A stretch of DNA of 54,662 nucleotides from an uncultured Thermoleophilia bacterium (lineage in GTDB: Bacteria; Actinomycetota; Thermoleophilia; UBA2241): assembly GCA_964545565.1 (NCBI GenBank), contig CAZJGT010000002.1, forward strand, positions 1 through 54,662, read 5' to 3'. This document shows, in pieces, positions 34,831-43,997 of the stretch (its first letter is position 1; each line of letters begins with the position of its first letter). Below the pieces are notes generated by a model. That model saw nothing but the letters and a program-made list of their open reading frames with translations, was not told the DNA's origin and ran no database searches. The position numbers and the translations under genes were made by a program.

Positions 34831-34877
34831 TCAAGCGGACCGTTTCTGTCCGGTCTGGCGATCAGAGGCGAGGGACC

Positions 34878-35300
34878 ATGGGACTCCAACTCACGCGCGG
34901 CGCCGAGTACGCCATCAGGGCGACGACGTATCTCGCGCGCTTTCCCGAGGGCCATGTGGCATCGCTGCATGAGATCGGCGAGGCCCAGGACATCCCGGAG
35001 AGCTTTCTCGCCAAGATCCTGCAGAGCCTGGTGCGTGGGGGTCTTGCGGTGTCGCAGCGGGGCGCGCACGGAGGCTTCGCGCTTGCGCGCCCGGCAGCTG
35101 AGATCACCATGCAGCAGGTGATCGAGGCCGTCGACGGACCGATCTCCATGAACCGCTGCGTGCTGAGCCCCGAGGAGTGTGAGCGGAGCGCGTCGTGCAC
35201 CGTGCACGTGGCGTGGGTACGGGCGCAGGGCCAGCTCATGGACGTGCTCGGCTCCATCACGCTCGAATCGCTGGCGCCCGAGCCGACGGCCGTCCCCTGA
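34878..35300 (+). CDS. Rrf2-family transcriptional regulator (three-Cys cluster-ligand pattern)
   Basis: 140-aa ORF with an N-terminal wHTH (LTRGAEYAIRAT...) and C-x7-C-x5-C (CVLSPEECERSASC). Confidence 0.9.
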   Translation: MGLQLTRGAEYAIRATTYLARFPEGHVASLHEIGEAQDIPESFLAKILQSLVRGGLAVSQRGAHGGFALARPAAEITMQQVIEAVDGPISMNRCVLSPEECERSASCTVHVAWVRAQGQLMDVLGSITLESLAPEPTAVP

Positions 35301-35315
35301 TCGTTCGCTGATCTT

Positions 35316-36290
35316 TCAGGCGGCCGGGTACCCTCTTGGGTGGCGGCGCATCCATGCCCACGCGTCCGCGACGGCGTCGCCCAGGCTGCGGCGCGGACGC
35401 CAGCCGAGCTCCTTCAGTGCCCGCCCGTTGCCGGCTACGAGGACGGGAGGGTCTCCGGCGCGCCGGGATGCACTCTCGCGTCGCAGCGACAGCCCCGTGA
35501 CCTCCTCGACCGTCTTGAGGACCTCATGGACGGAGTCCCCCCGCCCGGTCCCGAGATTGAACGCACCCTGGACGCGGGGAAGCGCCTCCAGTGCGGCGAT
35601 GTGCGCGTCCGCGAGGTCGGCGACGTGGACGTAGTCGCGCACGCACGTGCCGTCGGGTGTCGGGTAGTCGGCGCCGAACACGCGGATCGCCGTGTCGTCC
35701 CGCGCGGCCCTGAGCGCGAGCGGGATGAGGTGCGATTCGGGGTCGTGGTCTTCGCCGTGCTCGCCGTCGGCGCCGCAGGCGTTGAAGTAGCGCAGGGCCG
35801 TGGAGGCGAGTCCGCCGCGAGATCGCGCCCGTTCCAGGAGGCGCTCGCAGGCGAGCTTGGTCGCGCCGTAGGGGTTGGCGGGAGCGAGCGCGTCGCCTTC
35901 CTCGATGGGCGTGCGCTCCGGCGCCCCGTAGACGGCCGCGGTCGAGCTGAAGACGAGACGGGCGACGCCGGCGGCGGCGGCCGCCTCGATCACCGCGGCC
36001 GTCCCGTCCACGTTGACGCTGTGGTAGAGCTCGGGCTCGACGACCGACTCGGCGACCTCCGCGAGCGCCGCCATATGGACCACGGCGTCGCGGCCCGTGG
36101 TGGTCATGACCTCCTGGAGACGGGCGCCGTCCCGCACGTCACCGCGTGCGAGAGACGCGCCGGCGGCGACTGCTGCCGCGTGCCCGCGGGAGAGGTCGTC
36201 GTAGACCACCACATCGTGCTCCCGCGCCGCGAGGCGCGCGACGATCACGCTGCCGATGTAGCCGGCTCCGCCCGTGACAAGGACGCGCAT
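35316..36290 (-). CDS. galE: UDP-glucose 4-epimerase
   Basis: 324-aa ORF with GGAGYIGS and the YGATK catalytic motif. Confidence 0.9.
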   Translation of the reverse strand: MRVLVTGGAGYIGSVIVARLAAREHDVVVYDDLSRGHAAAVAAGASLARGDVRDGARLQEVMTTTGRDAVVHMAALAEVAESVVEPELYHSVNVDGTAAVIEAAAAAGVARLVFSSTAAVYGAPERTPIEEGDALAPANPYGATKLACERLLERARSRGGLASTALRYFNACGADGEHGEDHDPESHLIPLALRAARDDTAIRVFGADYPTPDGTCVRDYVHVADLADAHIAALEALPRVQGAFNLGTGRGDSVHEVLKTVEEVTGLSLRRESASRRAGDPPVLVAGNGRALKELGWRPRRSLGDAVADAWAWMRRHPRGYPAA

Positions 36291-36340
36291 GTGTCGCTCC
36301 CATCAGGACCGGTCGCGGGAGAGGCTGCCCCCGCTCCGGC

Positions 36341-38719
36341 TCACTTCTTGTTGTCGACCCAGATCGTCATCGTCGTGGGGCCCATTGACTTGACCCTGAT
36401 GCGCACGCCGAGGTTCCTGGGGATCTTGACCCCGGCCTCGGGCGCCTCCGCGTACCAGTAGGTCCTGCCGTCGTTGAACCACCGCTGGGCGGCCCTGCTG
36501 GGGACCGTGCGTTCGCCGACGCCGAGGCCCCGGTCGTAGTCGACGAAGTAGACGCTCTGCGTCTTCGTGGGCTCCGTTCCGAACGACGCGTCGCGTACCT
36601 GGATGCGCGGCCGCCAGTAGCCAAGGGCGTCGGTCGCTCCGTCCGTGTACGCGACGCCGTGCGGCTTGGGGCGCGCGTCCACGACCATCCAGCCGCCGCG
36701 CCCGAGGTGCGTGGCCACGTCGTTGTCCATGTAGAACGTGTCGCGGTAGATGAGGTGCAGGCCGCGGTTGTAGCTGAACCAGTCCACCCAGCTGGCGTAG
36801 TCGTAGTTCCACTGGTAGCAGTCCTTGAGGCTTTCGTCGAACCCGTGGTAGGTGCGGTACTCGGCGATGTAGTAGCGCGCCGTCAGCCGCGCCCATTCGC
36901 CGTCCACCCTGATCCAGTCGTCGCTCCGGAACGCGGAGACCGGCAGGGCGACCCCGCCCACCTTGACGTCCGTGATCTCCCAGCCCTTCAGGGCCACGCC
37001 GCCGTCCGTGAGGTACTCGAAACGGATGAGGATGCGCCGGCCTTCGTAGGGGGCGAGGTCCACCGTGACCGTGTCGGCCCAGTGGTCCATGTCGCTGCCG
37101 GTGAACTCGTCGAGGGTGTCCCAGGAGGCGCCGCCGTCGTCCGACACGGAGACGAACCCGAAGTCGTACCCCTCTTCGATGTCGTACCAGGTGCGGAAGG
37201 TGAGATCGCCGCCCGCGGGCACCGCGACCTCGTCCTTCGTCTCAAGCGAGACGTCGAGATCGTTGCCCATCGTCGAGTACCATTCGGCAGGACCGTCCTT
37301 GCCGCTCAGCCGGATGCGGTGCCTGGCCTTGGGCAGGGGGATCTTGACGGCGGTGGAATCGGAACGGCCCACGGCCGCCGCCTGCAGCTTGACCGTCGCG
37401 GTACGGCCGCGCTTGACGACCTTGGGCTGGACGAAGCCGAGATACGCCTTGTCGTCGGCGTTCATGGCGGCGGGCTTGGTGCCGATGCCCCATTGACGAC
37501 CCAGCCAGGAGCCGCCGGCCATGATGGTCCAGAAGCCGCTGCTGGCGTCGCCCGTGGCGCTCGTGTAGTCGTATTCGTCGGAGAGGCCGAGGTCGTGGCC
37601 GAACTCGTGGCAGAACACGCCGACGTCGCCGTCCTCGGGGTCGATCGTGTAGTTGTAGGCCCAGATGCCGAGGCCCTGCGGGCCCTGGCCCTCGGTGCCC
37701 GGGATCATCATGCCCGGGCCGTCGCCGGGGCCGCCGTTGTAGTTCTCGTAGATGCCCCAGGAGTGCGCCCAGATGGCGTCCGACTCCTGGGCGCCGCCGC
37801 CGGCCGACTGGTCGCTGCCGGCGTGGATGAGGATCAGGTGGTCGAGGTAGCCGTCGGGGCGGTCGAAGCGTGAACCCGCGATGCCCCACGGGTTCTCACG
37901 GTCGTACTGCGACCAATCCCAGCCGGGGTTGTCCTCCGCGAACTTGAGGATCGCGTCGCGCGCCACTCGCCAGACCGGACCGGTGAGGTCGTCGGTCCAG
38001 TTCCAGGGGTCGCTGTCGGCGCCGTACCATGACTCCGGGAGGTCGAGCCTGACCCAGTCGCCGACGTCGCCGGTGACCGTGTAGGCGCCGTGTGACTGCT
38101 CGAGGTAGTAGTTGCGCATCGTGTCGTCACTGGCGCCGCGGACCTGCGTCGCGAACGGCAGTCCGTTGCGGCCTGCGGCCTTGACTGCCGCCTGGTCGCC
38201 CTTCTCCCGGGCGAGGCCCAAGGCGCCGTAGATCGGATACGAGTTGCCGAAGAGCATCTGCTTGTAGTGCATGGGGCTGAAGTCGCCCGGCCAGAAGGTG
38301 GCGTTGTCGTCCGCCGCCGGCGGCGGGATCTGACCGTGAGTCGGGCCCTCGGCGTGGTGGCCCGTCGAGTCTCCCTCGGGCCACGGGGCGGCGCCGAACT
38401 CGACCAGCAGCACCAAGGTATTGCTGGCGTAGGTCGCGGCGCCGCGACCCTCGACCACGCGAGCGGACAGATGGCGGCCGAGCGCCTTGCTCGGCGCGAC
38501 GGTGCCGGCGGCGGGCTTGACGGGATACTGCGTGCCCGTGGCTTCGAGCGCCTGCGCGGCGGCTCGGGCCATGGCCGGCGTCGCGTAGCCCGGCACGATG
38601 CCGAGCCGCTTGAGGTTCTTGGCGATGAGGATCTCGTTGGGCGGCACGGCGCCGGCCGGCGCCGCCACCAGGATGGTGAGGAGCGCCCCAAGCGCCGCTC
38701 CGAGCAGGATCTTGCGCAC
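36341..38719 (-). CDS. Secreted M6-family (immune inhibitor A-like) metallopeptidase
   Basis: 792-aa ORF with a GTG start behind AAGGGGG. Signal peptide MRKILLGAALGALLTILVAAPAGA, and the HEFGHDLGLSDEYD zinc motif. Confidence 0.85.
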   Translation of the reverse strand: MRKILLGAALGALLTILVAAPAGAVPPNEILIAKNLKRLGIVPGYATPAMARAAAQALEATGTQYPVKPAAGTVAPSKALGRHLSARVVEGRGAATYASNTLVLLVEFGAAPWPEGDSTGHHAEGPTHGQIPPPAADDNATFWPGDFSPMHYKQMLFGNSYPIYGALGLAREKGDQAAVKAAGRNGLPFATQVRGASDDTMRNYYLEQSHGAYTVTGDVGDWVRLDLPESWYGADSDPWNWTDDLTGPVWRVARDAILKFAEDNPGWDWSQYDRENPWGIAGSRFDRPDGYLDHLILIHAGSDQSAGGGAQESDAIWAHSWGIYENYNGGPGDGPGMMIPGTEGQGPQGLGIWAYNYTIDPEDGDVGVFCHEFGHDLGLSDEYDYTSATGDASSGFWTIMAGGSWLGRQWGIGTKPAAMNADDKAYLGFVQPKVVKRGRTATVKLQAAAVGRSDSTAVKIPLPKARHRIRLSGKDGPAEWYSTMGNDLDVSLETKDEVAVPAGGDLTFRTWYDIEEGYDFGFVSVSDDGGASWDTLDEFTGSDMDHWADTVTVDLAPYEGRRILIRFEYLTDGGVALKGWEITDVKVGGVALPVSAFRSDDWIRVDGEWARLTARYYIAEYRTYHGFDESLKDCYQWNYDYASWVDWFSYNRGLHLIYRDTFYMDNDVATHLGRGGWMVVDARPKPHGVAYTDGATDALGYWRPRIQVRDASFGTEPTKTQSVYFVDYDRGLGVGERTVPSRAAQRWFNDGRTYWYAEAPEAGVKIPRNLGVRIRVKSMGPTTMTIWVDNKK

Positions 38720-38863
38720 TCTCGGCCCCCTTGTCGCTGACCTTCGCGGAAACGCACCGGTCGCGGTACCTGCCCGCTCCTTCGATGCGCGACTGCGACG
38801 AGTCTAACCCGAGCGGCGCGCCGCCGCGAGAGCCGCGAGGTCATCGCGGCGGATCACGAACGA

Positions 38864-38925
38864 GGCGCCCGGAGGCCGGAACGGCCGCCGGGCGCCTGCG
38901 CTGGCCGTTGCCTGGATGGGCAACG
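38864..38925 (-). terminator. Two tandem GC-rich hairpins downstream of the FmdB-like gene
   Basis: 38904-38925 forms CCGTTGCC/GGCAACGG, an 8-bp stem with a 6-nt loop. 38864-38895 forms GGCGCCCGG...CCGGGCGCC with an inner GGCCG/CGGCC helix. No U-tract follows. Confidence 0.35.
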
Positions 38926-38966
38926 GGCTGAGTCGTGCGGCGCGACCGCGCCGCCGGACCTCAGCC

Positions 38967-39167
38967 TCAGCCGAAGGGGCTGCCGCTCGGGACGGCGCAC
39001 CCGCCACCCGAGCTGCCGCCGATGTTCTTGAGGAAGCTGGAGAACTTCTGCCGGACGTCGCCGCTGCCGCAGTCGGGACAAGCCTTGTCCTCTTCCTTGA
39101 GGAAGCCCTGCCGGAACACCTCGAACTCGAGACCGCACGCGTCACAGACAAGATCGTAGGTCGCCAT
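38967..39167 (-). CDS. FmdB-family zinc-ribbon protein
   Basis: Listed ORF trimmed to ATG 39167 behind GGAGGG. 66 aa with the pattern CDACG...CPDCG and a Gly/Ser tail. Confidence 0.8.
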   Translation of the reverse strand: MATYDLVCDACGLEFEVFRQGFLKEEDKACPDCGSGDVRQKFSSFLKNIGGSSGGGCAVPSGSPFG

Positions 39168-39188
39168 GACCCTCCATCGCTGGTGGAC

Positions 39189-39211
39189 AATATACCCTAG
39201 GGGGTAGTATA
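39189..39211. promoter_or_regulatory. AT-rich divergent promoter/operator region (TATATT on minus strand, TAGTAT on plus strand) containing palindrome CCCTAGGG
   Basis: AATATACCCTAGGGGGTAGTATAC stands out in GC-rich DNA between the divergent FmdB-like and TlpA genes. Confidence 0.3.
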
Positions 39212-39312
39212 CGCGCGGCCCGTGGAGGCGCAAACACGGGTCTCGGGGTAAGCTCAGCCGCGTGACGGGACGCGAGGCGCAGCGCCGGCGTCCGGAACAG
39301 AAAGGGAAGTCC

Positions 39313-39807
39313 ATGAAGACCAGGACGCTCGTACTCGCGACGCTCGTCGCCACCGCCCTCGCCGCCGTTGTGTTCGCCGGCTGCGGCTCATCCTCGGATA
39401 CGTCCGTCACCCCGTCTGGCCAAGCGGCCGACATCGAGATCATCCCACCGGGCGACTTCAGCGTGGCCGGCTATGCCGGCGCGCCGCTCGTGGTCAACTT
39501 CTTCGGCTCCTGGTGTGGGCCGTGCAACGCGGAGGCTCCGGATCTCGCGGCCTTCGCGACCGGCAACCCGGCCGTGCAGATCGTGGGCATCGCCGTGGAC
39601 GACTCCGAGGGAGACGCCGTGGGGTTCATGAACGAATACGGACTCGCGTTCCCGCTGGTCATCGACGACAGGAGCCTCGGGGCGGAGTACGGCATCACCG
39701 GCGTGCCGACGACGATCTTCTTCGACGCCCAGGGGCAGGAGGTCGACCGTCTCGTGGGGGCGTCCACGCTCGACCAGTTCGACGCCGGTCTGGCGAAGGC
39801 CCAATGA
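39313..39807 (+). CDS. TlpA/ResA-like thiol-disulfide oxidoreductase (lipoprotein/secreted thioredoxin fold)
   Basis: Listed ORF trimmed to ATG 39313 (MKTRTLVLATL...AGCGSS lipobox-like). WCGPC active site. Confidence 0.85.
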   Translation: MKTRTLVLATLVATALAAVVFAGCGSSSDTSVTPSGQAADIEIIPPGDFSVAGYAGAPLVVNFFGSWCGPCNAEAPDLAAFATGNPAVQIVGIAVDDSEGDAVGFMNEYGLAFPLVIDDRSLGAEYGITGVPTTIFFDAQGQEVDRLVGASTLDQFDAGLAKAQ

Positions 39808-39846
39808 GGCGACCGGCGTGACGGTGGCCGCCCGCGTCACCTCCGC

Positions 39847-40566
39847 ATGACCGCCGTCGAGATCACCTCCCTCAGCCTGACGGCCATCGGCCTCGCCTTC
39901 GCCGCGGGCCTGCTCTCGTTCGTCTCGCCTTGCGTCCTGCCGCTCCTGCCGGTGTATCTCTCGTTCATCTCCGGCGTGGGCGTCGAGGACCTCGGCCGCG
40001 AGCATCGGCGCCTGCTCTGGACGTCGCTCTTGTTCGTCGCCGGGTTCACCGTCGTCTTCGTGCTGATGGGAGCCGGCGCCGGCGGCGTCGGCCGGCTCCT
40101 GATCCGTCACCGGCAGGAGTTGACGATCGTCGCCGGGGCGTTCATCGCCGTGAGCGGTCTCGTGGTCGCCGGGGTCATCAAGCTGCCGGAACCGGTGCTC
40201 AGGGTGGCGCCCAGGCGCGCCGGCGCCGCCGGCGCCTTCGTCACGGGCGCCGCGCTCGCCATCGGCTGGACTCCGTGCGTCGGCTATGTGCTCGGCGCGA
40301 TCCTGTCGATGGCCGCCACCAGCCAGAGCGTCATCACCGGCTCGCTGCTCCTCCTGGTCTACTCGATCGGGCTCGGCGTGCCGTTCGTGCTCGCGGCGCT
40401 CGCCTTCGATTGGGTGAGCGACCGGCTCGGCTGGGTCAAGCGGCACTATCGCGGTATCCAGGTGACCGCCGGGATGCTCCTCGTGGTCTTCGGCGTGCTC
40501 ATGATGCTGGGCGTGCTCGAGCGACTCGGCCGCTGGCTGCCGGCGTTCAGCCCGGGCGGCCTCTGA
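39847..40566 (+). CDS. ccdA: Cytochrome c biogenesis protein CcdA (DsbD-type thiol transporter)
   Basis: 239-aa ORF with six TM helices and conserved Cys in TM1 (FVSPCVLPLLP) and TM4 (WTPCVG). Confidence 0.85.
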   Translation: MTAVEITSLSLTAIGLAFAAGLLSFVSPCVLPLLPVYLSFISGVGVEDLGREHRRLLWTSLLFVAGFTVVFVLMGAGAGGVGRLLIRHRQELTIVAGAFIAVSGLVVAGVIKLPEPVLRVAPRRAGAAGAFVTGAALAIGWTPCVGYVLGAILSMAATSQSVITGSLLLLVYSIGLGVPFVLAALAFDWVSDRLGWVKRHYRGIQVTAGMLLVVFGVLMMLGVLERLGRWLPAFSPGGL

Positions 40567-40643
40567 GCCGTCGCGGGCGCCGAAGGACCGGCTCCCCCGA
40601 CCGGCGGCGAGTCGCAGGCGGGCGCTGCGATATCCTTGGCGCC

Positions 40644-43541
40644 ATGACCGCCCGCCACCGCATCCCTCCGCTCTCCCCGGAAGGGCGCGCCGCCGCGCAG
40701 GCGCTCCGCGGCGCGGTCGCCGGCAGGGTCTCGACCACGCCGCTCAGGCGCTGGCTCTACTCCACAGACGCCTCGGGGTACCGGGTCCTGCCCGAGGTGG
40801 TCGTCATGGCCGGCGCGCCGGACGATCTCGCGGTCGCGGCGACGGTCGCCGCCGAGACCGGTCTGCCGGTCGTGGCTCGCGGAGCAGCGTCGAGCCTTGC
40901 CGGCCAGGCCATCGGTCCCGGCATCGTCGTGGACTGCTTCGGCCTCGACCGCATCCTCGAGCTCGACGGCGACGGCCGCCGCGCCCGCGTCCAGCCCGGC
41001 GTCGTCCAGGCGGCGCTCAACGCCGCCGCCGCTCCGTTCGGCCTCGAGTTCGGGCCCGACACCTCGACCGTCGACCAGGCCACCATCGGCGGCATGGTGG
41101 GCAACAACTCGTCGGGGTCGCGCTCCATCGTCTACGGCGAGAGCAAGGACAAGGTGCTCCGCGTGGCCGGGGTGCTCGCCGGCGGCGAGGCCGTCGAGCT
41201 TCGCGCCTGCACCGGGACGGACCTCGCGAGCGGCATCCGCGGGCCCGCGCGTGCGCGGCTCGCGGAGGAGCTCGCGCGACTGCGCGAGCGCTACCGCGAG
41301 CCGATCGCCACCGGATACCCGCGGACCACCCGGTGCACCTCCGGCTACAACCTCCGCGAACTGCTCGCGGTCGAGCCCAGCCTGGGCCGGCTGCTCGCCG
41401 GCTCCGAGGGCACGCTGGCGCTGTTCACCGAGCTCGAGGTGGCTCTCGATCCGCGTCCGGCGGTGCGCCTCGGGGCTGCCTTCTCGTTCGCGACGCTGCG
41501 CGGCGCCCTGGAGGCCAACGTCGCGATCCTCGAGACGGGGCCGTCCGCCGTGGAGCTCCTCGACCTGGCGCCGCTGCGCCGGGCGCCCAATCTCGGGACC
41601 TTCCCGCGCATGGCCGCGCTGGTCGACGGCGAGGATGCGGCGCTGCTCACCGTCGAGTACCAGGGGAGTGACGAGGAGGCCAAGGCCGGCCTCGCACGCC
41701 TTCGCGGTGTCGCCGGCGACCTGGGCGCCGGGCAGGCCGCCTGGCTCGAGCGGCCGGATGAGCTGGCGGAGGCGGCGGCCCTGCGCCGCGCCGTCCTGCC
41801 CCTGCTCATGGGCGCGCCGGGCGCCGAGCGCCCGGCGTCGTTCGTCGAAGACACCGCCGTGGCGCCTGAGCGCCTGGCCGACTTCGTCGCCGATCTGCAG
41901 ACGATCGTCGCGTCGCACGGCGGCCGCGCCAGCTTCACCGGCCACGCCTCCGCCGGATGCCTGCACATCCGCCCGTTGCTCGACCTCAAGACGGCGGCCG
42001 GCGTGGCCCGCATGGACGCGCTGGCCGGCGAGGTCGGCCGTCTCGTGCTCGACTACCACGGCGCCATCTCCGGCGAGCACGGCTGCGGGCGTTCGCGCAG
42101 CTGGTTCCTCCCGACGCTTCTGGGGCCCGACCTGTATGGGGCCATGGTCGCCGTCAAGGACGTCTTCGACCCCCGTCGTCTGCTCAATCCCGGGGTCGTC
42201 GTGGACGGCCCTCCGGTCACCGAGGCGTTGCGCTTCGGCGTCGACTACCGCGGCGACGGCGCGTGGGAGCCGCGCCTTTCGTTCGCGGCCGAGGGCGGTT
42301 TCGACCTCGCCGTCGAGAAGTGCTTCGGGGCCGGCCTCTGCAAGAAGCTCTCGGGCACGATGTGCCCGCCCGGCCTGGCGACGCGCGACGAGGCGCGCAC
42401 CACCCGGGCGCGCGCCAACGCCCTGCAGGGGGTCGTCTGCGGCGCCGTGCCGCCGGCGGCGATCGGCGAGGAGGAGTTCCGCGAGGTACTCGGTACCTGC
42501 GTCGCCTGCAAGGCGTGCAAGACGGAGTGCCCCGCGGGCGTCGACATGGCGGCGCTGAAGGTCGAGTGGCTCGCGGAGCTGCGCGCTCGCGAAGGCGTGC
42601 CCCCGTTGGCGCGCGGCATCGGCGACTTCCGCCGTCTCGCCGCGCTCGCCGCACCGCTGGCGCCGCTGGTCAACGGCCTCGGCCGCACCCGGGCGGTGCG
42701 GCTCGTGACGGACCGCCTCGGCGTGGCCCACGAACGGCCGCTCCCGCGCTTCGCCGGTCGGCCACTCACGCGGCGGCTCGCGTCGCGGACGGCTGGCTCA
42801 CGCGGGGCCGCAGCGGGCGCACCGGGCCGGACGGCGACGCTCTTCGTCGACTGCTTCATCCAGTACCAGGAGCCGGGCGTGGGCGAGGCGTTGGCGCGGC
42901 TGCTCGCGGCCGCCGGCGTCCGCTTGAGCCTCGCGGATGTGGGCTGCTGCGGGCGCACCGCGCTCTCCACGGGGCAGATCGACAAGGCGCGCACCGCGGC
43001 CCGGCGCGCGCTGGACGGGCTGCACGCGCGTGTCCGGGAGGGCGCCGACGTCCTGTTCGTCGAGCCTTCCTGCCTCTCCATGGCGCGTGACGACTGGGCG
43101 CGGCTGCTCCCGGACGATCCCCGCGTCGCCGAGGTCGCCGCGGCGAGCCGTCCGGCGCTGGAGCTCGTCGCCGACCTGGCCGCGGAAGGCCGCCTGCACT
43201 TCCGTGCCGGCGGCCGCGCCCTGCTGCACAGCCATTGTCACGAGAAGGCGCTCGGCTTCGCCGCGGCCACGACGAACGCCCTCGCGGCCGTTCCGGGGCT
43301 CGAGGTGGAAGACCCGGACGCCGGCTGCTGCGGCATGTCCGGCGTGTTCGGCTACGAGGCCGAGCATTACGACCTCAGTGTGGCCATGGGCGAGCGTGCG
43401 CTGCTGCCGGCGGTGCGCGCGGCGCGGCCGGACACGGTCGTGCTGGCGACCGGCACGTCGTGCCGGTCGCAGATCCGCGACCTCAGCGGCCGCGACGCGC
43501 GTCACCCGCTCGAGTTCCTGGCCGGGCGTCTTCGCGTCTGA
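40644..43541 (+). CDS. FAD-linked oxidase fused to 4Fe-4S and CCG domains (YdiJ/GlcD-GlcF-like 2-hydroxyacid dehydrogenase)
   Basis: Listed ORF 39930..43541 trimmed to ATG 40644 (MTARHRIPPL...), 965 aa. FAD-binding PCMH domain, CxxCxxCxxxCP (CVACKACKTECP), and two CCG motifs (GCCGRT, GCCGMSG). Confidence 0.85.
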   Translation: MTARHRIPPLSPEGRAAAQALRGAVAGRVSTTPLRRWLYSTDASGYRVLPEVVVMAGAPDDLAVAATVAAETGLPVVARGAASSLAGQAIGPGIVVDCFGLDRILELDGDGRRARVQPGVVQAALNAAAAPFGLEFGPDTSTVDQATIGGMVGNNSSGSRSIVYGESKDKVLRVAGVLAGGEAVELRACTGTDLASGIRGPARARLAEELARLRERYREPIATGYPRTTRCTSGYNLRELLAVEPSLGRLLAGSEGTLALFTELEVALDPRPAVRLGAAFSFATLRGALEANVAILETGPSAVELLDLAPLRRAPNLGTFPRMAALVDGEDAALLTVEYQGSDEEAKAGLARLRGVAGDLGAGQAAWLERPDELAEAAALRRAVLPLLMGAPGAERPASFVEDTAVAPERLADFVADLQTIVASHGGRASFTGHASAGCLHIRPLLDLKTAAGVARMDALAGEVGRLVLDYHGAISGEHGCGRSRSWFLPTLLGPDLYGAMVAVKDVFDPRRLLNPGVVVDGPPVTEALRFGVDYRGDGAWEPRLSFAAEGGFDLAVEKCFGAGLCKKLSGTMCPPGLATRDEARTTRARANALQGVVCGAVPPAAIGEEEFREVLGTCVACKACKTECPAGVDMAALKVEWLAELRAREGVPPLARGIGDFRRLAALAAPLAPLVNGLGRTRAVRLVTDRLGVAHERPLPRFAGRPLTRRLASRTAGSRGAAAGAPGRTATLFVDCFIQYQEPGVGEALARLLAAAGVRLSLADVGCCGRTALSTGQIDKARTAARRALDGLHARVREGADVLFVEPSCLSMARDDWARLLPDDPRVAEVAAASRPALELVADLAAEGRLHFRAGGRALLHSHCHEKALGFAAATTNALAAVPGLEVEDPDAGCCGMSGVFGYEAEHYDLSVAMGERALLPAVRAARPDTVVLATGTSCRSQIRDLSGRDARHPLEFLAGRLRV

Positions 43542-43568
43542 TCGCCGGGCGGCCGCAGGCCGTGTACG

Positions 43569-43757
43569 ATGGTCGTCGTGAACTGGGTGGTCCTGATCGC
43601 CGGTGTGATGGGGCTGATCGTCGCCGGGTACGGGCTGGTCAGCCTGACCAGGCGGGCGTTGCGGAGGCGGCACCTCCTCGACGTCGCGCTGGCCGTCGCC
43701 GTGGCGGTCGCGACGGTGGCTCTGCTGCTGGCGTACGGAGATCGACTCATCCGCTGA
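43569..43757 (+). CDS. Small two-TM membrane protein (hypothetical)
   Basis: 62-aa ORF 27 nt after the oxidase stop, with two hydrophobic helices separated by RRALRRRH. The RBS is weak. Confidence 0.35.
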   Translation: MVVVNWVVLIAGVMGLIVAGYGLVSLTRRALRRRHLLDVALAVAVAVATVALLLAYGDRLIR

Positions 43758-43997
43758 GGTCGCACGGGTGGGAGGGAGGCCTCTCGGGTCCCTTCTATGG
43801 CGACGCTCTCTAAGGTTCGTCACGGTGGTGCCGATACTGGAAACGCCGGTCGGAGGGAATCGGCGAGGATGCCCGAAACCCCCGGGTGCGGGGCGCGTAG
43901 CGCCGTCGTTCGCGGATGGGTAGGGCAGACCGAGACGCTCCGGTGGTGCGATGCGACATCGCGGCTCCCGACCCCGGCATGGCAGGAGAGTGCAGAC

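Noticed and set aside
39930-40643. N-terminal 238 codons of the 1203-aa ORF (39930..43541)
   Set aside because: This part overlaps the CcdA gene in another frame and is Arg-rich nonsense. The FAD-oxidase homology begins at ATG 40644.
43800-43900. Guanidine-I (ykkC) or cobalamin riboswitch resemblance in the leader of the REC-LuxR gene (CTAAGGTTCG, GGTCGGAGGG, CCCGAAACCCCCGGG)
   Set aside because: Several invariant positions of the ykkC core (CUAGGGUUCCG, GGUCCGAGAG, ACGG-GGGA-AAAGCCCGGGAGA) are mismatched. A response regulator is also not a known downstream gene class for these riboswitches.
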